From NCBI GenBank assembly GCA_951406725.2, contig OX597828.1, forward strand, positions 60,326,001 to 60,390,000: DNA of 64,000 nt. The letters run 5' to 3'. The position numbers and the translations under genes were made by a program. Below, piece after piece: positions 1 to 13,500 of this stretch; positions within the stretch are counted from its first letter, which is position 1; each line of letters opens with the position of its first letter. The notes under the pieces are model-generated. The model was given only the letters and a program-made list of their open reading frames with translations, had not been told where the DNA came from and made no database searches. The DNA comes from Octopus vulgaris. Its lineage: Eukaryota.

Positions 1-129
1 TTAGCTGCTGAGTATTGCCATAGGATGAGGACTGGTGGAAGGCTGGGTGTCAGGGGAATGAGGTGCGGTGGTAGAGTGTTTGATGGGTTTGCAAGTTTAC
101 GCAGAATGTATTTAGGTTGTCGTTTTTGC

Positions 130-380
130 TGTGAGTTTTCTTGAGCAGATTTCCAATCATCTTGATCCTTTGTTATCTCCACTGTGAGGCTCAGCATCAT
201 GTGCTCTACCTTTGTTTCCACAACCCATGCCTTCCTGGGTCTCCTTTTCCACAAGTTTCATCCACTTCAAACAACCAGCATTTCTTTACACAGCTGTGCT
301 CATCCAATGCATTACATGACCAAACATTTGCATCACAGAACTCCAGTATCCTTGTGGATACATATTCATGCAATATGTGT
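130..380 (-). mobile_element. RTE LINE 3' ORF relic
   Basis: Minus-strand DEHSCVKKCWLFEVDETCGKGDPGRH resembles the C-terminus of the 35729..37135 ORF (DEDSCVKKCHTLAVEGTCGRGRPRKTW). Confidence 0.75.
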
Positions 381-774
381 TGAATGGATTGAAAACATAT
401 GAACAAATTACTCAAATACATGTTGGGATAAGACAAACTGAATAGGAAAGAATGTAATTTTCAGCTCTTCTTAATTTTGCAGCAGGTATGTTTATATAGT
501 TGCAACAGGTATGGTTTTGTTATTCTCATTATACCCACAGTTTCTTGTTCACTTTCATTATAATTTTTGTATGATAATGCGGTTACTATTTCAGTCTAAA
601 TTCATTGTTCTTCTTACTGTTAAACTTAATTAAATGATTTAAATGTTTTCACATTTTGAATATTCCAGTTCGAAAATGCCATATTTATGAACAGTTCTAA
701 GTAATTCATTGAAATATCCACATATTTTAAATCCCTAATTTTAGTTCTCAGAACTTTTTCTCTTTTCTTTTCAG

Positions 775-1022
775 GTACTCAGACAAGACGCAAAATTTTA
801 CGCATATTAGACTCTTTAGATTTCACTCAAGCCTGCCCTCAACGTTGTCCACTTCAATTTTTTGAAGAAAATTTGATTGAAGATGTCATAAAATCATGTT
901 GCAAAAGGCCTAAAAATGGACCAGCAATATGTGATGTCAAAGCCTTGCGCCGAGTTCTTATTGGAGAAATTAGCAACTTACAGGGCACAACTCTGGCAGG
1001 ACAAAGGAGTTTAATTTTAAGG
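775..1022 (+). CDS. NUP205: NUP205 coding exon (first visible; gene starts upstream of window)
   Basis: tttcag|..|gtcagt; translates TQTRRKILRILDSLDF...KALRRVLIGEISNLQGTTLAGQRSLILR, matching recalled vertebrate NUP205 VRRKILNILDSIDF...LHRVLVAEVNALQG...GQRPLL. Confidence 0.93.
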
Positions 1023-1319
1023 GTCAGTGCTGAATTTTTTAAAATCAGTTATAACATTTGTTGTATGTAGTCCAGTGAGTATAAATATGTCAGTGATGTA
1101 ATGAATAAGATGTTAAAATACAGCTTTGCAAATACTCATACACACAGACACATATATTGCATGTTTATATGTATGAATGTTAGTGTGTATTTATGCAGGG
1201 AATTTTATGAAATTCTCTATTTTATTTAATGTTCTCAGTTTTGCTTGCCAGTTATGTTTGTCTATGTGTATATGCACCATTATGTGTCTAAATATATTCA
1301 TTACCCATTTATTTCTCAG

Positions 1320-1511
1320 GAAGTTGAAATCATCTTGGAACAGGTGGTCTCCAGCAATGCAGTATATCAAAGTCTGTACTCCAAGTATGTAGCTTTTGAG
1401 GCTTGGCGTCAGGTGACTGAAGTTTTGGTAACTGCTTGTACTCCTGATTTATTGGACAAAGAGAGTCAACATACTCTTTTGTTTGAATTATTGCAAGACC
1501 TTCTCATTAAG
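1320..1511 (+). CDS. NUP205: NUP205 coding exon
   Basis: ctcag|..|gtaaag, phase 0; EVEIILEQ...FEAWRQVTEVLVTACTPDLL...LLQDLLIK (cf. ESWRQLVEIILTACPQDLI). Confidence 0.93.
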
Positions 1512-1576
1512 GTAAAGATACTATTGAAATTATGTTCATTGTTACCTTACTTCATGCTCTCTATTATTGCATTCAT

Positions 1577-1704
1577 TGGTTAGCATTTGGAAGGGCCTCC
1601 AGCCTTAGAAACCATGGAGCTCAGGCAGTTCTTCAGCTGTCCAGCTCCTATCAAACTCTCCAACCCATGCCAACATGGAAAACAGACATTAGATGATGAT
1701 GATT
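1577..1704 (+). mobile_element. RTE-type 3' tail / SINE fragment
   Basis: ggaagggcctccagcc...caacccatgccaacatggaaaa...(GAT)n tail shared with the RTE 3' end at 37600..37740. Confidence 0.7.
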
Positions 1705-1973
1705 GTCATCATTAACTTTTAAGTCCTATTATTTCTGTCTCCTTCCAACTTTTTTTTCATTTTAGGAAAAATTTGTAGAAATTGTTGTGTATCTATTTTG
1801 TAGTCAAAGAAGATTTTCGATACATTTGCAAATAATGTTTCCTGATGCTTAAATTTTATCAATTTCGTCTTAAGATGTGCAGATTAAATACTCTTTTGTA
1901 ACCAACCTGTTGGAAACGGCTTGATAATTTTCCTGCTTTATTTTTACCAACCCACTCAGAACTGCCCAAGATA

Positions 1974-2460
1974 TGAGGTGGTATCAAAAAATTCCTGGAC
2001 TATTTCATGAGGTAGTGTGCCAAATGGCATCGCTGTATTTACTTCACAAGTTGTGAATTTTTTTTTTTACGATCATATGTATGCTATACACTGTGATTTT
2101 GTCATGGACAGGAACAAAGCGCTAACATGAAATTTTGCATTAAACTTCTGAAGTTTGCTACAGAGGCTTTGGGCATTCTTTGGCAAGCTTATGGTGACAA
2201 GGCAATGATTTATACACAATGTTTTGAGTGGCATGGGTGCTTCAAGTGCAGAAGAACATCTCTGGAAGACATGCCATGAGCATCACCCCTGGAAATGTGG
2301 TATTATGCATTGAGGCTTCGTCCCCCAGTACCAGACCGTCAATTGAGAGTTTTACTAGGATGTTTTGAAGTGTTTGTGGGAAGACATTCGGCAAAAGCAA
2401 CAATATCTCTGTAGCACAAACAATTGGTTTCTTTACAACAATGTTGCACCCTGTCACTAG
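1974..2460 (+). mobile_element. mariner 5' relic, same family as 15690..16935
   Basis: TIR gaggtggtatcaaaaaattcctggact; HTH start MKFCIKLLKFATEALG...QAYGDKAM. Confidence 0.75.
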
Positions 2461-2489
2461 ATGTGGAAATATCCCTTGTACAGAAATGT

Positions 2490-2713
2490 GTTTAAGCATT
2501 TAAACCGGCCATATCCGGCCAGATGTATTCTGCCTGTTTTATGTTCAAACTGGCCAGATCTGGTCTCTCACACCAACCTTACAATATTGTTTTAAAAATT
2601 AACAGCTACCTCGTCAAAATCTTATAGCTACAAGATAATGCATGATTAGTTCAAAACAATGTGGATAAAAAAGGATTAATTTTGGCAGAATAATGTGAAT
2701 ACTAAAGGGTTAA
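2490..2713. mobile_element. piggyBac-like MITE (CCCTTTAG termini, TTAA)
   Basis: Ends ctaaaggg-ttaa; related copies in opposite orientation at 19007..19545 and ~25895..26112. Confidence 0.65.
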
Positions 2714-3723
2714 CCCACGAAGATGCATCTATAGGCCTATTTAAACATGCCTTTGTATACATATAGATATATACACTGGACTGTGTATATCCCTTTCAGA
2801 GACTGGTAGCTGGCAATCTAACAAGTACTAATTGATGCATACAAAAGTAGCATAGTGGGACAGTACAGGAATTAAAAAACAAAACCTTAGAAAAGCATCA
2901 AAAGATAATAATCAAACTTTATGGTTCCTTGCTTTCAAATTAATGATAAATGATCTAGAGTAAAGGTGAAAGCATAGAACTTAGGATAACTGATAGATCA
3001 TCACTAACTCCATTTTAATCTAAACAGTACTATCTTCTAACAGAACCTGATTATCATGACCAAGAGTTGTAGGTGGAGACACCACCCTTAACTTGAATAT
3101 TATATTCTCTACCCTCTTCTTATGTTATTTTGAATTAAAAGTGTTGGACTGACCCTTTTTGTTTTAATTTTGTCCACGTTTGTTCCTTCATAAGACACAC
3201 CCACCAGTTGATGGATAGGTATGACCTTTTTGATATGTTTTTTTAAAGTTTCTGTGTTCCTTTATCTGTGACTATTGCAAGAATTGCTTAATGATTGAAT
3301 AGAATGATTTAACTAGTGTGTACTAAATACTTCAGTAAAATACTAAAGTCAGTAGATCTGGTTTACAGAAACAAAAAATTTAACATCTAAGGAAGCACCC
3401 ACGTTGAAATGGAGTTGAAAAAATTTCAAATTCATAAGTATTAAGAGTAATCTTAACTAAAATCTTTTGAATATGGAAAATTGTTACCTAATAAATATGT
3501 AGGGGTGCAGAAACATGTTGTGATGCATTAATAAAGCCTATGAATTTCCATCCAAAAAATATTACTGTTATTATTATATTTATTCTAAGCTGAAAGGAGT
3601 TCCACACTGTATAACCATATCATTAAATTACCATGATAGATGGAATTAACAGGCAGTAGTGGATGAGAAGCACAGGAGCTTTTAAGAGCACATTCTGGGG
3701 CTTTTGTCCAAACAAAACTAAAC

Positions 3724-3725
<2 letters not shown>

Positions 3726-3770
<45 letters not shown>
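3726..3770. repeat. (TA)n(CA)n microsatellite
   Basis: Direct inspection. Confidence 0.95.
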
Positions 3771-4256
3771 ACAGGCTAAATGTTGTGATTATTGTCTCAG
3801 AGAAAGCTGGTAAATGAGAGAATGAAGTTGAACAAAGATCAATAGAATGAAGGTGGCAATAATAGTAACTAATAATACAATGATAATAATTCACAGTACA
3901 TGCAAAAACCATTGATATGCAAGCTTGTCATTAGCAATAAAGATTGTAAAAGTAATATTAAATTATGCTGGTGATCAATATATCAGTAAGCTTGAAATAC
4001 AAATAGAGATAAGGTGATGGGTGTAGTCGAGAACTGAATTCCTATATTAGTGATAATGCTTGAAAAAAAGCTGTTGATTGAAGTCTTTTACAGTGAGAAA
4101 TGTAAGATGACTGAACTTAGTGTAAAAGCCAAGAAGGAATGAGCAGTAGGAAGAAAGAGAGATGTGAATGGCTAAAGAGTAAATGTTGAAGGCATTTAAA
4201 AGAATAAAAATATAGATACATGTACTTACACATAGATACATATACATACATAGATA

Positions 4257-6180
4257 TATAAGTAACGGAGAGGCTCATAGCCCAACTAATTAATGAGAGG
4301 GTTAGTCTAGATGTGATGCAGTTTAGTTTTGTGCTAGGGAGAAGCACCACTGATGCTATACTTCTGGTAAGGCAGCTGCAGAAGTACCTAGCCAAAGATA
4401 AACCTCTGTACTTGGCTTTTGTTCATGTGGAGAAAGCCTTTGACACTCCCTTATCTGGTGGTCAATGCAGAAATTAGGGATAGATGAGTGGTTGGTGAGA
4501 GCTGTACAAACCATGTACAGGGATGCAGTCAGTAAGATGAGGGTTGGCAACAAGTATAGCAATGAATTTAGGGTATAAGTAGGGGTTTACCAAGGATCAG
4601 GCCTCAGCTCCCTCCTCTTCATCATAGTCCTCTAGGCTATAACAGGAATTTAAGACAGGTTGCCCCTGGGAGCTCCTGTATACTGATGACCTTGTTCTTA
4701 TAGCTGAATCACTATTAGAACTAGAAAAGTTTCAGGTGTGGAAGCAAAGTCTAGAATCGAAAGGTCTTAGAGTTAATCTAGCAAAAACCAAAGACTTAGT
4801 AAGTAGGAAAGCAGACAAATCACTAATGCCTTCAGGTAGATGGCCCTGCTTGATCTGTAGGAAAGGCATAAATAGAAATTCCATAAGATGTACCTGGTGC
4901 AAACTGTGGACACATAAGAGGTGCAACAATATCAAAGGAAGGTTAACAGGGAAAAATAGTCTTTGTGTAGAAGGTGCACAGGTACAGTAAACACTGAAAA
5001 TGTACAGAAAATAGACCCCATCAAATGCCAGTGAGGTAAGCTAGAAGTAGTTGATAGCATCCATTATCTAGGTGACCAAGTTGGTAATGGAGGTGGATGC
5101 TCTGAGAGTGTAGCTGCAAAAATAAGAATAAGCTGGGCAAGTTAAACATGGGCTGTAACTGTTGAAGACATGCATAAACTTGAAAGAAATGAAGCTGGCT
5201 TGCTTCACTAGATGTTCAGTGTCAGTGTGCATGTACGATATAATACATATGCGTTTTGAGAGAAAGGCATCAGATGTGGTGTACAGGGAAAACAAATGCA
5301 TTTGTATGGTCATGTGATGTGTATGGACAAGGACAGCTGTGGAAGAAGTAGATCCAGGAAGACTTGGAATGAGATGGCAAAGCAGGATCTTCAAATGTTG
5401 GGCCTCATGCTGGCAATGACTAGTGACCAAGACCTTGAGACGCATTAGAAAACCCATCAAGCCAAGTGAAATCATAGTCATGGCTGATGCTGGTGTCATG
5501 TGACTGGCACCCATGCTGGTGGCACATTATAAGCATCTTTCAAGCATTGGGCTTCACAGAGGCAATGTAGCTGATGCCAGTGTCTCGTAACTAACACCTA
5601 TGCTGGTGGTACATGAAAAGCACCTTTCAAGTGTTGGGGCCTTGCAGAGGCAATGACAAATGACCGAGACCTTTGGCAATATTCTGTGCCTGAGGAGAAG
5701 ACCCATCAAGCTAAGTGAAACTGTAGTTTTGGCAGATACTGTTGTCATGCAACTGGCACCTGTGTTGGTGGCACATAATACCACCCATTGCACTTAGAGT
5801 GGTTGGTGTTGTTGTTATATATATATAATGTATTGAGTATTAAAGGAAGTAGTGAGTACTTAGTATGAAAGATTAAGAAAATGAGAGAGACTGAAAAAAC
5901 GTGTTAACGATACGAGATACTTTATTAGACTGCCGTTGTTGTACAAGGTATTTGTTGTGGCGGGAAACTTACTGAATGTCCTTGTATCAAGGGAGACAAT
6001 GGGCAACGTTGATTGTTCATGTTTGTTGTGATGATTACATAACAGTTGGCATTAGGAAGGGCATCCAGCCACAGAAACCATGCAAAGTCAGACTGGAGTC
6101 TGTGCAGCCCCTCAGAGTGCCAGCCCTGCTCAAACCATCCAACTGATGCCAGCATGGACAACGGATGTTAAATGATGATA
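4257..6180 (+). mobile_element. 5'-truncated degenerate RTE LINE with 3' tail; tail interrupted by a solo LTR
   Basis: Collinear with the young RTE ORF (KVTERLIAQLI..., WKQSLESKGLRVNLAKTK...GRWPCLICRKG); many stops and frameshifts; tail resumes at 6045. Confidence 0.9.
5813..6044 (-). mobile_element. probable solo LTR
   Basis: TGTTAT...ATAACA terminal inverted repeat; minus-strand AATAAA (~5921..5926); splits the ggttgg/gttggcattagg RTE tail. Confidence 0.6.
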
Positions 6181-6534
6181 TGTCATACACATTTACATGC
6201 ACACACTTATGTGTTTGTGTCAACGATTTCATGCTTCTTGCTGTCTTTATAAACAACCTCCCTATCGAATGCAGGCTGTACTCTGTGTTTATAGTCAACC
6301 ATGAAAGCATGTCTGGGCTTCTTGGCATGACATGTGCAATTCTTCTAAACAAAAGAGGATCATAACTATGTCCAGACTATTTGGTTGCAGGTTGGCAACT
6401 GTGGGGGCATCCAAAGTTTAGCCTGATATATGCAAGCATGACAAGGTCGACTTTAAAAACATGGTTATGGATGGATGGATGGATGCATGCATGTTTACAC
6501 ACATGATGGACTTCTTTATTGTTTCTGTGTATGA

Positions 6535-6640
6535 AATTTTGTTGACGTGGAGAAAGCCTTTGACAGGATCCCCCACTCTTCTATCTAGTGGATAAATGAG
6601 GAACTAGGGATAGATGAGTGGTTGGTGAGAGCTGTACATT
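6535..6640 (+). mobile_element. short RTE RT fragment
   Basis: gttgacgtggagaaagcctttgacagg...ctagggatagatgagtggttggtgagagctgt matches the RTE ORF. Confidence 0.75.
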
Positions 6641-6970
6641 GATCAACTTGGGCCACTAGTAATCTTATTTTCTCAGTTTAAGTTGTGTAGTAAAGTTTAA
6701 AAAAAACTCTCCAAATATTCTTTGTGAAACATATCACTTTTAACAAAACTATCTATGCAGTCTTTTATAATAGTTCGATTTTAGATAAACATTTGTAGTG
6801 TTGATCTCCCTTTTTCAGTTTTATTCTGTAGGTGTCCTGTCAATTTTGTGTTCCTTATAAAATGTTTGGATATACAAGAGTGTAAAGATTCCAAAGTAGC
6901 ATGAATTGCAAAGTTATTGTTTGGTTATATACTACTATAAAATTATTTTTGCCCTTGTTTGATCACACAG

Positions 6971-7202
6971 GTAGCAGATAATGATGCACTGCAAGAACTT
7001 ACTGCACCGGTTGCTGGAGTTATCCTAGTGGTGATGGCGAATTTAAGGAGGTGCTTTTCAGCTTCAGAATTCTTTACTAGTCATGAAGAATTACAACAAA
7101 ATCATTCTCTAACACCTTCAGCAAAGATTGGAACTCGTACTCTGTTTGCAACTTCACTACATATTGTTTTGAAAGGCCTACTAGATTACATACAGAAGTC
7201 TT
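6971..7202 (+). CDS. NUP205: NUP205 coding exon
   Basis: cacag|..|gtaagt; VADNDALQELTAPVAGVIL...SLHIVLKGLLDYIQKS (cf. AAQELMPVVAGAV...SLYIILKKLLDFILKT). Confidence 0.92.
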
Positions 7203-7229
7203 GTAAGTTGACAGAGTTTCTTTTCATTT

Positions 7230-7593
7230 TATTCTTTTACTTGTTTCAGTCATTTGACTGTGGCCATGCTGGAGCACTGCCTTAAATGGTTTTAGTTGCA
7301 GAAATTGACTCCAGGACTTATTCTATCAGTCTCTTTTGTCAAACCATTAAATTGTAGTTAACATACCAGCATCAGTTGTCAAGCGATGTTGGTGGGGGTG
7401 AACACTGGCACAATAACATACATATATACGGCAGGCTTCTTTCAGTTTCCGTCTACCAAATCCACTCACATGGTTTTGGGCAATTCAAGGCTTTATTAGA
7501 AGACACTTGCCCAAGGTGCCATGCAGTGGGACTGAACCTGGAACTGTGTGGTTGGGAAGCAAGCTTCTTACCACACAGACATGCCTGCACCTG
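7230..7593 (-). mobile_element. tRNA-derived SINE (octopus OR-type)
   Basis: Minus-strand head with A/B-box-like tgtctgtgtggtaag...ggttcagtccc then ggcaccttgggcaagtgtcttc; second head at ~58808..58900 (+). Confidence 0.7.
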
Positions 7594-7750
7594 TTGTTAA
7601 CTTATCCATTGCTTATATATCTTATTATCATCCTGAGAGTTGCCAACATAGTTGTTCAAATAGCTTTTTCAAATTAACACAGTATTTTAGAGTAATATTC
7701 CATTTTGAGTTTTACTAACTTTAATTAATTTTTTGCTTATTTTTATATAG

Positions 7751-7849
7751 GTGGGAGTCAGCAGAAAGTGCGAACATATTTATATGGTTCCCTTCTTTAT
7801 TATCTTCAAATTGCACAGAAATCTACCATACCTAGTTGGTTGTCTTCAG
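7751..7849 (+). CDS. NUP205: NUP205 coding exon
   Basis: tatag|..|gtttgt; GSQQKVRTYLYGSLLYYLQIAQK (cf. FQRVRTHLYGSLLYYLQIAQR). Confidence 0.93.
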
Positions 7850-8065
7850 GTTTGTTGAATACTTTTTGTTACTGATATAGTTTAACATCATTGAGTCAGT
7901 GGCTTAATTATCTGATTGCATATACATAATAAGATTCAAAGTTCCTCCTCAGATATCATTTTCATTATAGAATGTCAAAATATCTTTGTATGTTTATGTT
8001 AATAACTTTTTATAGAGGTAACTGCAGAAATAGATGTTGTAACTTGTTTATATGGCTCTTTACAG

Positions 8066-8223
8066 AAACCGAGGCTTTAGGTGTTGCCCAAGTATTGGTT
8101 GCTTCAGGTGAAGGAGAATTTGACAATTTATCCAAAGAGAATTTGTCAATTATTTTATCATATGGTGATTCCTTACTAGAAATAATCTGCAAAGATATAT
8201 GTGATGGACATAATGTAGGAAGA
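8066..8223 (+). CDS. NUP205: NUP205 coding exon
   Basis: tacag|..|gtaagt; ENLSIILSYGDSLLEIICKDICDGHNVGR (cf. ENIAIIESYGAALMEVVCRDACDGHEIGR). Confidence 0.93.
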
Positions 8224-8456
8224 GTAAGTAGACATTTTTGTTCATTTTTTTTATAAGAATTAAAATTAGTTTTGATTTGAGAGATAAATCAACATTGCCT
8301 TTCTTATATCACAGAAACAAATTGAAAGTATGTGTTGTTTTTAGTTTATGAATGAATTCATTGGATGACCTTGTCAAATTTATAGATTTTAATATCTCAT
8401 ACCTGCATATGCCTGTACTTACAGCTATATTTGCACTGAAGGTGTAGTTTCTATAC

Positions 8457-9020
8457 TACAGGGTGGCCATAAAGTCATGCACCATCCTGTAATATGTGAA
8501 ATTGCTAACATTCTCTTTTTTATATCTTTTCACAAATGCTCATATTACTTACAGACCAATCCTCATTGGATGGGGGCAGATAATCAACAAGGTGAGAGCA
8601 AGGTAGTGGTGTGGTGTAGGATTTGCCACAATCAAGTAATTGGACCGTTTTATTTTGAGGGCTCTGTGACAGGTGATTCATATCTGGACATGCTTGGCAA
8701 CAAGGTGATGCCTCACATGCATTCACTTGGAAGGGGAAATCCTGCCTGGTTTCAGCAGTAAAGGGCTCCACCCCATTATGCATTACCGGTTTGTGGTTTT
8801 CTTAATGAACATTTTCCAGGCAGAAAAATTGGCCTGCTCGGGCGTTGCAGACCAATTGTATGGGCACCACAAGTCACCAGATTGAACTGCCATGAACTTT
8901 TTCTTTTGGAGCTACATTAATTCCTATGTGCTTTCTGAAAAGATTCGTGACCAAGGACAACTTCAAAGAATTGTTGAAGTGTGTGAACAAATCAATGACA
9001 ATGATGAAACACTTTTTTAT
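8457..9020 (+). mobile_element. Tc1/mariner-superfamily transposase relic
   Basis: TA-cagggtggcc end; KVVVWCRI...IGPFYFEGSVTGDSYLDML...WFQQ*RAPPH...NFFFWSYI DDD-domain motifs. Confidence 0.8.
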
Positions 9021-9574
9021 ATTTATAACTACATTTTGTTTCCTGTTCTCATAGCTCTTATCCACTGTACCACTGCATGTACGTTTATCAGTGGCAGTAG
9101 CATCAGAGATATGCCAGGATTTAAAGGAACACAAGAAATTACTGCAATACCTTTAGTGTGATGCCCTACGGATGAACTCTTTAACATTTTCATTTGAGTG
9201 ATTACCAAGTTCTACCTAGAACCAGATGTTCTGTAGGCTACCTTGACCGATCTTAAATGTAAAGACAGAAGCAAAAGGATATTTGGTACATTCATGATAA
9301 TCATTTCCATTCAAAATGTTATGGGTCTGTACTTTTTCTCACAGCATGATTCATGCTAACGTATTATTTACCAACTTACACCTTCCCAGTGTTGTTCTTC
9401 ATTTACACCTTTTTGTTACCTATTAAAGTGCAACTGTCAGTTAAAGATATTTTCAAGAGAACTTAACGATTATGGATAATCTTTAAAAGTCCTTATAGTT
9501 TATTAAGACTGTTCTACTACAATGTCTGTGAGAGTTATATTAATATTTATGCATAATCTTTCTGTGTTTTACAG

Positions 9575-9766
9575 TTACTGGCTCTTTCACTTCTGGATTG
9601 CATACTTTCTCTGGACAAGAGCAATCAGTGCTTGAACTTCATGATCTCCAAAGGTTATCTGCAACATCTTATTGATGGCATTCTTACTGATGATAGTCAC
9701 TTGCAAAATCTTTTAAACCCATCAGTGGAATCTTTAAAGCATCTTTACAGTTTTGAAGGACGTATG
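9575..9766 (+). CDS. NUP205: NUP205 coding exon
   Basis: tacag|..|gtaagt; LLALSLLDCILSLDK...KGYLQHLIDGILTDD...LKHLYSFEGRM. Confidence 0.93.
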
Positions 9767-10025
9767 GTAAGTTGTTATTGTAGGGTAAAGCCATTTTGAT
9801 AATGAGTATCCACTTCACACTTGTTCATTGCATACACATTTCTGAAGTAGGTTAAAGAAAATTGAATCAAGGATTTGTTTAGTCTCTGTAGTAAATATGA
9901 ATTAATTATTTAATTTATTTGATTAGTTTCTGTAGTAAATATACAACTGTCATGGGGCTCTTTTTACAGGGGCTCTTCATTTCATTTGTTAAAATTCTGA
10001 AATTTATACTTTATATTTATTTTAG

Positions 10026-10141
10026 ACATTTTGCAGTCGCGTGGCATCATCACCTGCTGGAGCATATTCATTACTGCGCCATGGTTTCATGCAACGGTTA
10101 GCTGAATGTGAAGTGTTCTCTATGCGTCCAGAGCATGAAAG
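10026..10141 (+). CDS. NUP205: NUP205 coding exon
   Basis: tttag|..|gtagtg; TFCSRVASSPAGAYSLLRHGFMQRLAECEVFSMRPEHE (cf. AFLTRVA...LLRSGVIVRLAQCQVYDMRPE). Confidence 0.92.
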
Positions 10142-10511
10142 GTAGTGCACACCTCTTTATGCAAGGCATCTGCAATTACATATATATATATAATTTCATT
10201 GTTAATATCTATGAATTTGTGTACAATTGAAAAAATTCTCTTTACATTTCCATCTAGAATTCATGGTTTGAGAGTAAACTTTATTTTTATGCAAGGAAAA
10301 ATCTTTTTGAGTGACAAAAGAGAACCTCGGAAGATATAAAAAATTATTTTTCTTGTTCAAGATATCTACTGTTTTACTATGCTCGCATAATTGTATAACC
10401 CTCTGTTAATGTGCTATCATGTATTTCTGATAATTGTTGCTTCATTATTTTCTGTTAATAATGCTATTGAAATTATTTAGTTGTAATAACAAACAACATA
10501 CTGATTCTTAA

Positions 10512-13500
10512 CCCCTTGACGCTGGTATTACCCGAAGCATGCGAGACACTGCTCTGTTTTTTTTTTATCTAAAGAGGCCACACAAACGTACAAGTGCCAA
10601 CAAGCTCGCATCTGTTTACGTTCACCGTTACAATAACATAGCCGTCGTACATTTACGTCTACCGGTTTATGAAAACAAACTATGTGAAGCTATTTATCAT
10701 AATATGATATACAAGAGTTATTCTGCTCAAGTTTAAAAAATAGCTTGCGTGTGGTACAACTCAAAACACGGTATTATGCAAAAGGACACATCACAGTCCA
10801 GACAACGATATCTGGTTTCGCGCTTATGGTGGTGTGAGGTGCATACAACACATTTCCTTGCCGGATTCTGCTTTTTGTTCCGTTGGCAGTATGAAACGTG
10901 GGAAATGTCCTTATCGGTTCAGAAGCCAGTTTGGAGTCGGTCGGGCGTTAGGACATCCACGAGTTCAGAAACTTCGATAATTTCATTTATCAAAGCCTCG
11001 CGAAATGCGAGTCAATTTCTTCGCCACCCAGCATTTGCCAACGTGACCGTAGCCAGTACCGCATCAACTGGTCTCCGTGCTGTGGGCACGTAACAAACAC
11101 CATCCGATCGTAGCCGTTCGCCAGCCTCGTCTGACACCTGTGTCAGTGGCACATAAGAAAACACCATCCGAGCGTGGCCGTCTGCCAGCCTCGTCTGGCA
11201 CCTGTGTCGGTGGCACATAAAAAACACCATCCGAGTGTGGCCATCTGCCAGCCTCGTCTGGCACCTGTGTCGGCGGCACATAAAAAACACCATCCGAGCG
11301 TGGCCATCTGCCAGCCTCGTCTGGCACCTGTGTCGGTGGCACATAAAAAACACCATCCGAGCGTGGCCGTCTGCCAACGTTGTCTGGCACCTGTGTCGGT
11401 GGCACATAAAATCACCCACTACACTCTCGGAGTGGTTGGTGTTAGGAAGGGCATCCAGCTGTAGAAACACTGCCAGATCTGACTGGCCTGGTGCAGCCTT
11501 CGGGCTTGCCAGACCCCAGTTGAACCGTCCTAACCCATGCTAGCATGGAAAGCGGACGTTAAACGATGATGATGATGATGATGATGATGATGATCAGATG
11601 TGTGTTCATTAGTGCCATATCCACAATGTACAAAAATATTTCTTTGTACCATTTTCCAAATCTTTGTGCAGATTTGTGCATAGTAGCCAGCTGATCGGAC
11701 CTATCCACCCCACTCATTGCTCTGTTGTAGTCCTGTACAACATCGGCTTTTATGATGGGGTTCCCTGCATGATTCCGTTTGCCAGTTTCAGACATTGCAG
11801 CAGAGTGCATCATACTCAGCATGGTCATGTACTTTCTGTCTTGCCAGACCAACGCCAGGAGACCACTGTTTGTCGGATGGTATGCAAATTCTCCTTTCTC
11901 AAGTTTCGGCTTTCGAAGATCGAGGGTTATGTTCCTTCTGAAAGTATGGACCATCCCACAGGCATTTGTTCTCCTGACATGCAGCTGCTGAAACATGTTG
12001 GGACTGGAAAACTAGTTATCCATATAAATGTTATACCCTTTGTCTAATGACATTAGTTGATGCTACAACATCCACGACCCTGTCCTTGCCAGTATATATT
12101 TTATGGTTCCAGGTATAGCCACATGCGACAACGGATGACTGGCAAACTTTACATACTTTCACTCGAAAGCGCGCATGTTTTATAGGGTTGTACTGTCTGA
12201 ATCACAACCGTCCACTGAATTTCCAGAGACTTTCGTCTGTGGAAATATCTTGTGTAGGTGTATAGACAGTTTTGAAATTGTCCACGACTGCGTCAACAAT
12301 TGGCCGAAGTTTGTGCAGCTTGTCATCGGTGTTGACGCCCAAGTTGAAGTGTAGGTTTTTCTGTAGCACGAAAAAATGATCGCTCGGCATCGTGTTGGCG
12401 AAAAATAGCGTCGCCATTTGAGGGTTCCTGCTCCATTACAAACTGAGGATAGGTTTTCTTAAGATTCCCATGAGAATAAGAAGCGCAAGAAACACTTTGA
12501 TTTCATTGCCTGTCGTCGGGAACTAGTCAGTGCTATGCTTGGATTCACGTTGAGGATGAGTAGCAGCGTAGCTGTTTGTTTCGTCTGCCATATGCTCGAA
12601 AAGTTCCTCCGTGAGAAACTCGTGGAATATTTCCAAGGGCAAAGTGTGATTGTTCAGGTTCGCTTTTATCCCAGAGTTGCCTAAGAATCCGTATTGTCAC
12701 GGAAAATTGTCTATTCTCCACCATACCACATTCTGCTGGCCAGGGGCATCGACTCTTGCCCTTCTGTTGTTTCATGGCAATTGCAAAGTACCCGAATCAG
12801 AGTTCGGCAAAAACTCAGAGCCAGAATCACCATCAGATGAGTGAAAATCATCAAAAAAGTCTGAGCCTGAATCACCAATTCTTCTCGATTCAGCAGCAAC
12901 AGCTGACGATCGAGCTGAGGATGTGGGTGTGGTCTGACGTGAAGCAGCTGATGGACTCGGATGTGACCGCAAATTTGCTGAAGGTGTATCACTGGCCTCC
13001 GCAACAGCTGCAGCAACACCGGAAGTACGATGTTGCCGCTCAATTTCACATGTAGGTGTCGGTCAAGTGGATGTTTGATGCGATGATGAGCAAGTTGACG
13101 TAGGTGTTGGTTGTGCCGACATTTTACGTGACGAGTTGGTTGCCTCAGGTGTTGTCGGGTGTGATGACGAGCGTAAATTCGCTGATGGAGGACTGAAGCG
13201 TGAATGCAGAACTTGTAATTGATTTGAAGGCATTTTGAATTATGATGTGTTTTCGCTGGAGACCGTTACTTTTATACCTCCTGTACCAATGCATATGCAT
13301 GTAAAGTATCCGCATGTCATTGGTCTACTGCTAGTCTCATGAGTTGAACGTAACCTAAAATAGCTAAGATAATGCATGGGACAGCGATCATGCGCACCTC
13401 AAAAGATAAAGTACATGATAGTGAACGTAAATATACGTCAACCACTAAAAAGTCCGTGATAGATGTAGGGCAGCTCTACATCGTATATTTACATTAACCG

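Noticed and set aside
11012-11543. Repetitive ORFs on both strands and CRISPR-like regular repeats (also 47984..49431 and 53877..54379)
   Set aside because: Contiguous ~60-bp tandem repeats without unique spacers, inside an RTE 3' UTR derivative; eukaryotic context, no cas genes; the ORFs are by-products of the repeats.
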